Notes under the pieces: generated by a model | Database searches by the model: none | What the model was told of the DNA's origin: nothing | What the model saw: the letters and a program-made list of their open reading frames with translations, nothing else | Part shown: positions 31,385 to 32,821 of the stretch, in pieces | Layout of the letters: the number at the start of each line of letters is the position of its first letter | Numbering within the stretch: the first letter of the stretch is position 1 | Translations under genes and position numbers: made by a program | Origin: Toensbergia leucococca | Lineage: Eukaryota | Reading direction: 5' to 3' | NCBI GenBank assembly: GCA_022813965.1 | Contig: JALDZS010000036.1 | Location: forward strand, 124,001 to 156,821 | Length of the DNA stretch: 32,821 nt

Positions 31385-31639
31385 GGGCTTAGGTTATTTT
31401 GGGGGGGGGGGTGAGGGTGGGTTTGGGTCCAGCCTGTGCCGCATTTCTTGCGTCTCGTCCTTCATTCGCTTGGCTCGTTATCATTCTTCGCTATTTCTAC
31501 TTTGAGTGCAGGGGAATGGATGGGTTTTCAGTGGGTTGGGGGCTTTGAGGGCTGAGGGTGTGTTGTGGCTGGTGCTGGGGTGAGGGATTTGTGAGAAGGG
31601 ATTGTTTTGCTTTTTGTTTGATGAGATATTTGGGCTCCG

Positions 31640-32821
31640 GATGGTGAGGATGAGTGTTTTTGTTCAGTGGTGGCAGATTGGTCAATCTGAATTAGTCACT
31701 TGAAGAGAGGAGGGAGATGAGAGGTTGAATGCTTGTTTGTAGTTGATAGAATGTGTCAATTCTTTCTATTGAGACTCTAGATTTGATGACTATCTGTAAT
31801 GTGTGATTTGAGCATAAGATAGACTTGATTGTGAAGAATGAAGCTGATTAATTAGTAGAGTATGAAGTGACTAAAAGTCTGTGATTTAGGTCAGCCTTCA
31901 TTGTAAGGGTATGAAGCATATCTTCTGACTCATGTTACTATACTTCACCTTAAGACATTTGAGAGTTCACTTCACAGAGTACTATTGAATCATCTTCTTA
32001 TGCAATGCCTGTTGATAAGAGTAACAATAATGAAAGCAGTCAGTGAACTAATGTTTTAAGTTATATTTTAAAAAGAATTGAAAAGACAATTGTTTAGTGA
32101 TATAAATAGGAGTGTGAATGCAGCAACTGTCATCTTAGCAGAAAACACCTTTTCTTTGAAATAGTATGTGCTTCTCTGTCTTGTGTCTTTCTTCTTAATC
32201 TCAATTCAAGTTGCAGATATTAAGTAGTTGATATATCTCATTCTGAAGAATTGAGTTCATGTCATGCTCTTTATACATCACTGAACCTTCTTCAATTATT
32301 CTCTCTGCACCTGTTGTAATGACTGCTTCAGGTCCCTTTTTCATGCTTAATTTAATGACTTCTCTCTTGTACTCAGAATTGACAGCTTCAATCTTGATCT
32401 CGGTGTTTGACATATCAGCGTTTGAAGCTTAAAAGCCTCAGTAGCAAAACCCTTTTGAGAAAGTCTCATCAATCACATGCGTGGCAGATAGACCCCCGAA
32501 TCGAACGTCCATCTTTTCCTAACTATAGCAAGCAACCAAAACAGTGCCAGATCCCATCATCAATCTCAAAAACTTCAAAGCTGACTGGGCTAGTCCTCAT
32601 TGATCTACTTTCTCTTGCTTTCTTGAACTTGGTAGGTAACGTACAACAGATTGTGTCAAGTCATTCACTTTCTTATTCCCAGATCCGGAGTTGTGCAGTA
32701 ATACAAAAGCATTGTGACTAACTCCACGTTCTTTGAGAGCGTATTGTCAAGAAGTTGACCCCAACAGTCACTGATATCACTACCCATTGGTCAACTGCTC
32801 ATCCTGAGCCACCTTTGCTTC
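31640..32821. other. Degenerate CpG-depleted sequence, probably a relic repeat/TE or decayed gene; identity unknown
   Basis: No CG dinucleotide from 31640 to 32400. The tract is AT-rich with abundant TGA/TCA, and its frames are broken mostly by TGA. Confidence 0.5.

Noticed and set aside
32740..32810. Plus-frame EVDPNSH*YHYPLVNCS resembling the HypF zinc-finger region, and another frame vaguely BTB-like
   Set aside because: The matches are short and stop-interrupted, lack the required CxxC pairs, and competing frames look equally plausible. Probably chance.
1..32821. Starship captain (DUF3435), transposase, tRNA/rRNA or CRISPR array
   Set aside because: No tyrosine-recombinase, DDE or RT motifs, no cloverleaf or rRNA-like sequence, and no regularly spaced repeats were seen by eye.

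Overview
Intron-containing filamentous-ascomycete (Pezizomycotina) genomic DNA, judged from short GT-AG introns with CTRAC/TACTAAC branch sites and conserved fungal genes. Manual splicing gives: the 3' end of a conserved fungal hypothetical gene (+); ERV29/SURF4 (-); a 450-aa membrane-anchored conserved hypothetical gene (-); a decayed MNN2-like GT71 mannosyltransferase pseudogene (+); a 10-exon, ~1426-aa protein (+) combining a B-box-like Zn finger, a GBP/atlastin-like P-loop GTPase, a CCHH module, a RING-like finger and an intact patatin phospholipase; a CipA/NmrA-like oxidoreductase (-); an inosine-uridine nucleoside hydrolase (+); a Clr5-domain/TPR-like protein (-); a 4-TM small membrane protein (+) directly upstream of a HET-domain gene (+); a spliced secreted cystine-knot (knottin/conotoxin-framework) prepropeptide whose knot the ORF track misses (+); and PGA2 (+). 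CpG-free decayed tracts lie near both ends. The best candidates for new biology are the GTPase-RING-patatin putative immune effector, the hidden knottin and the 4TM+HET pair. No RNA genes, intact transposons or CRISPR arrays were recognised. All gene models and domain calls were made by eye, without database searches.
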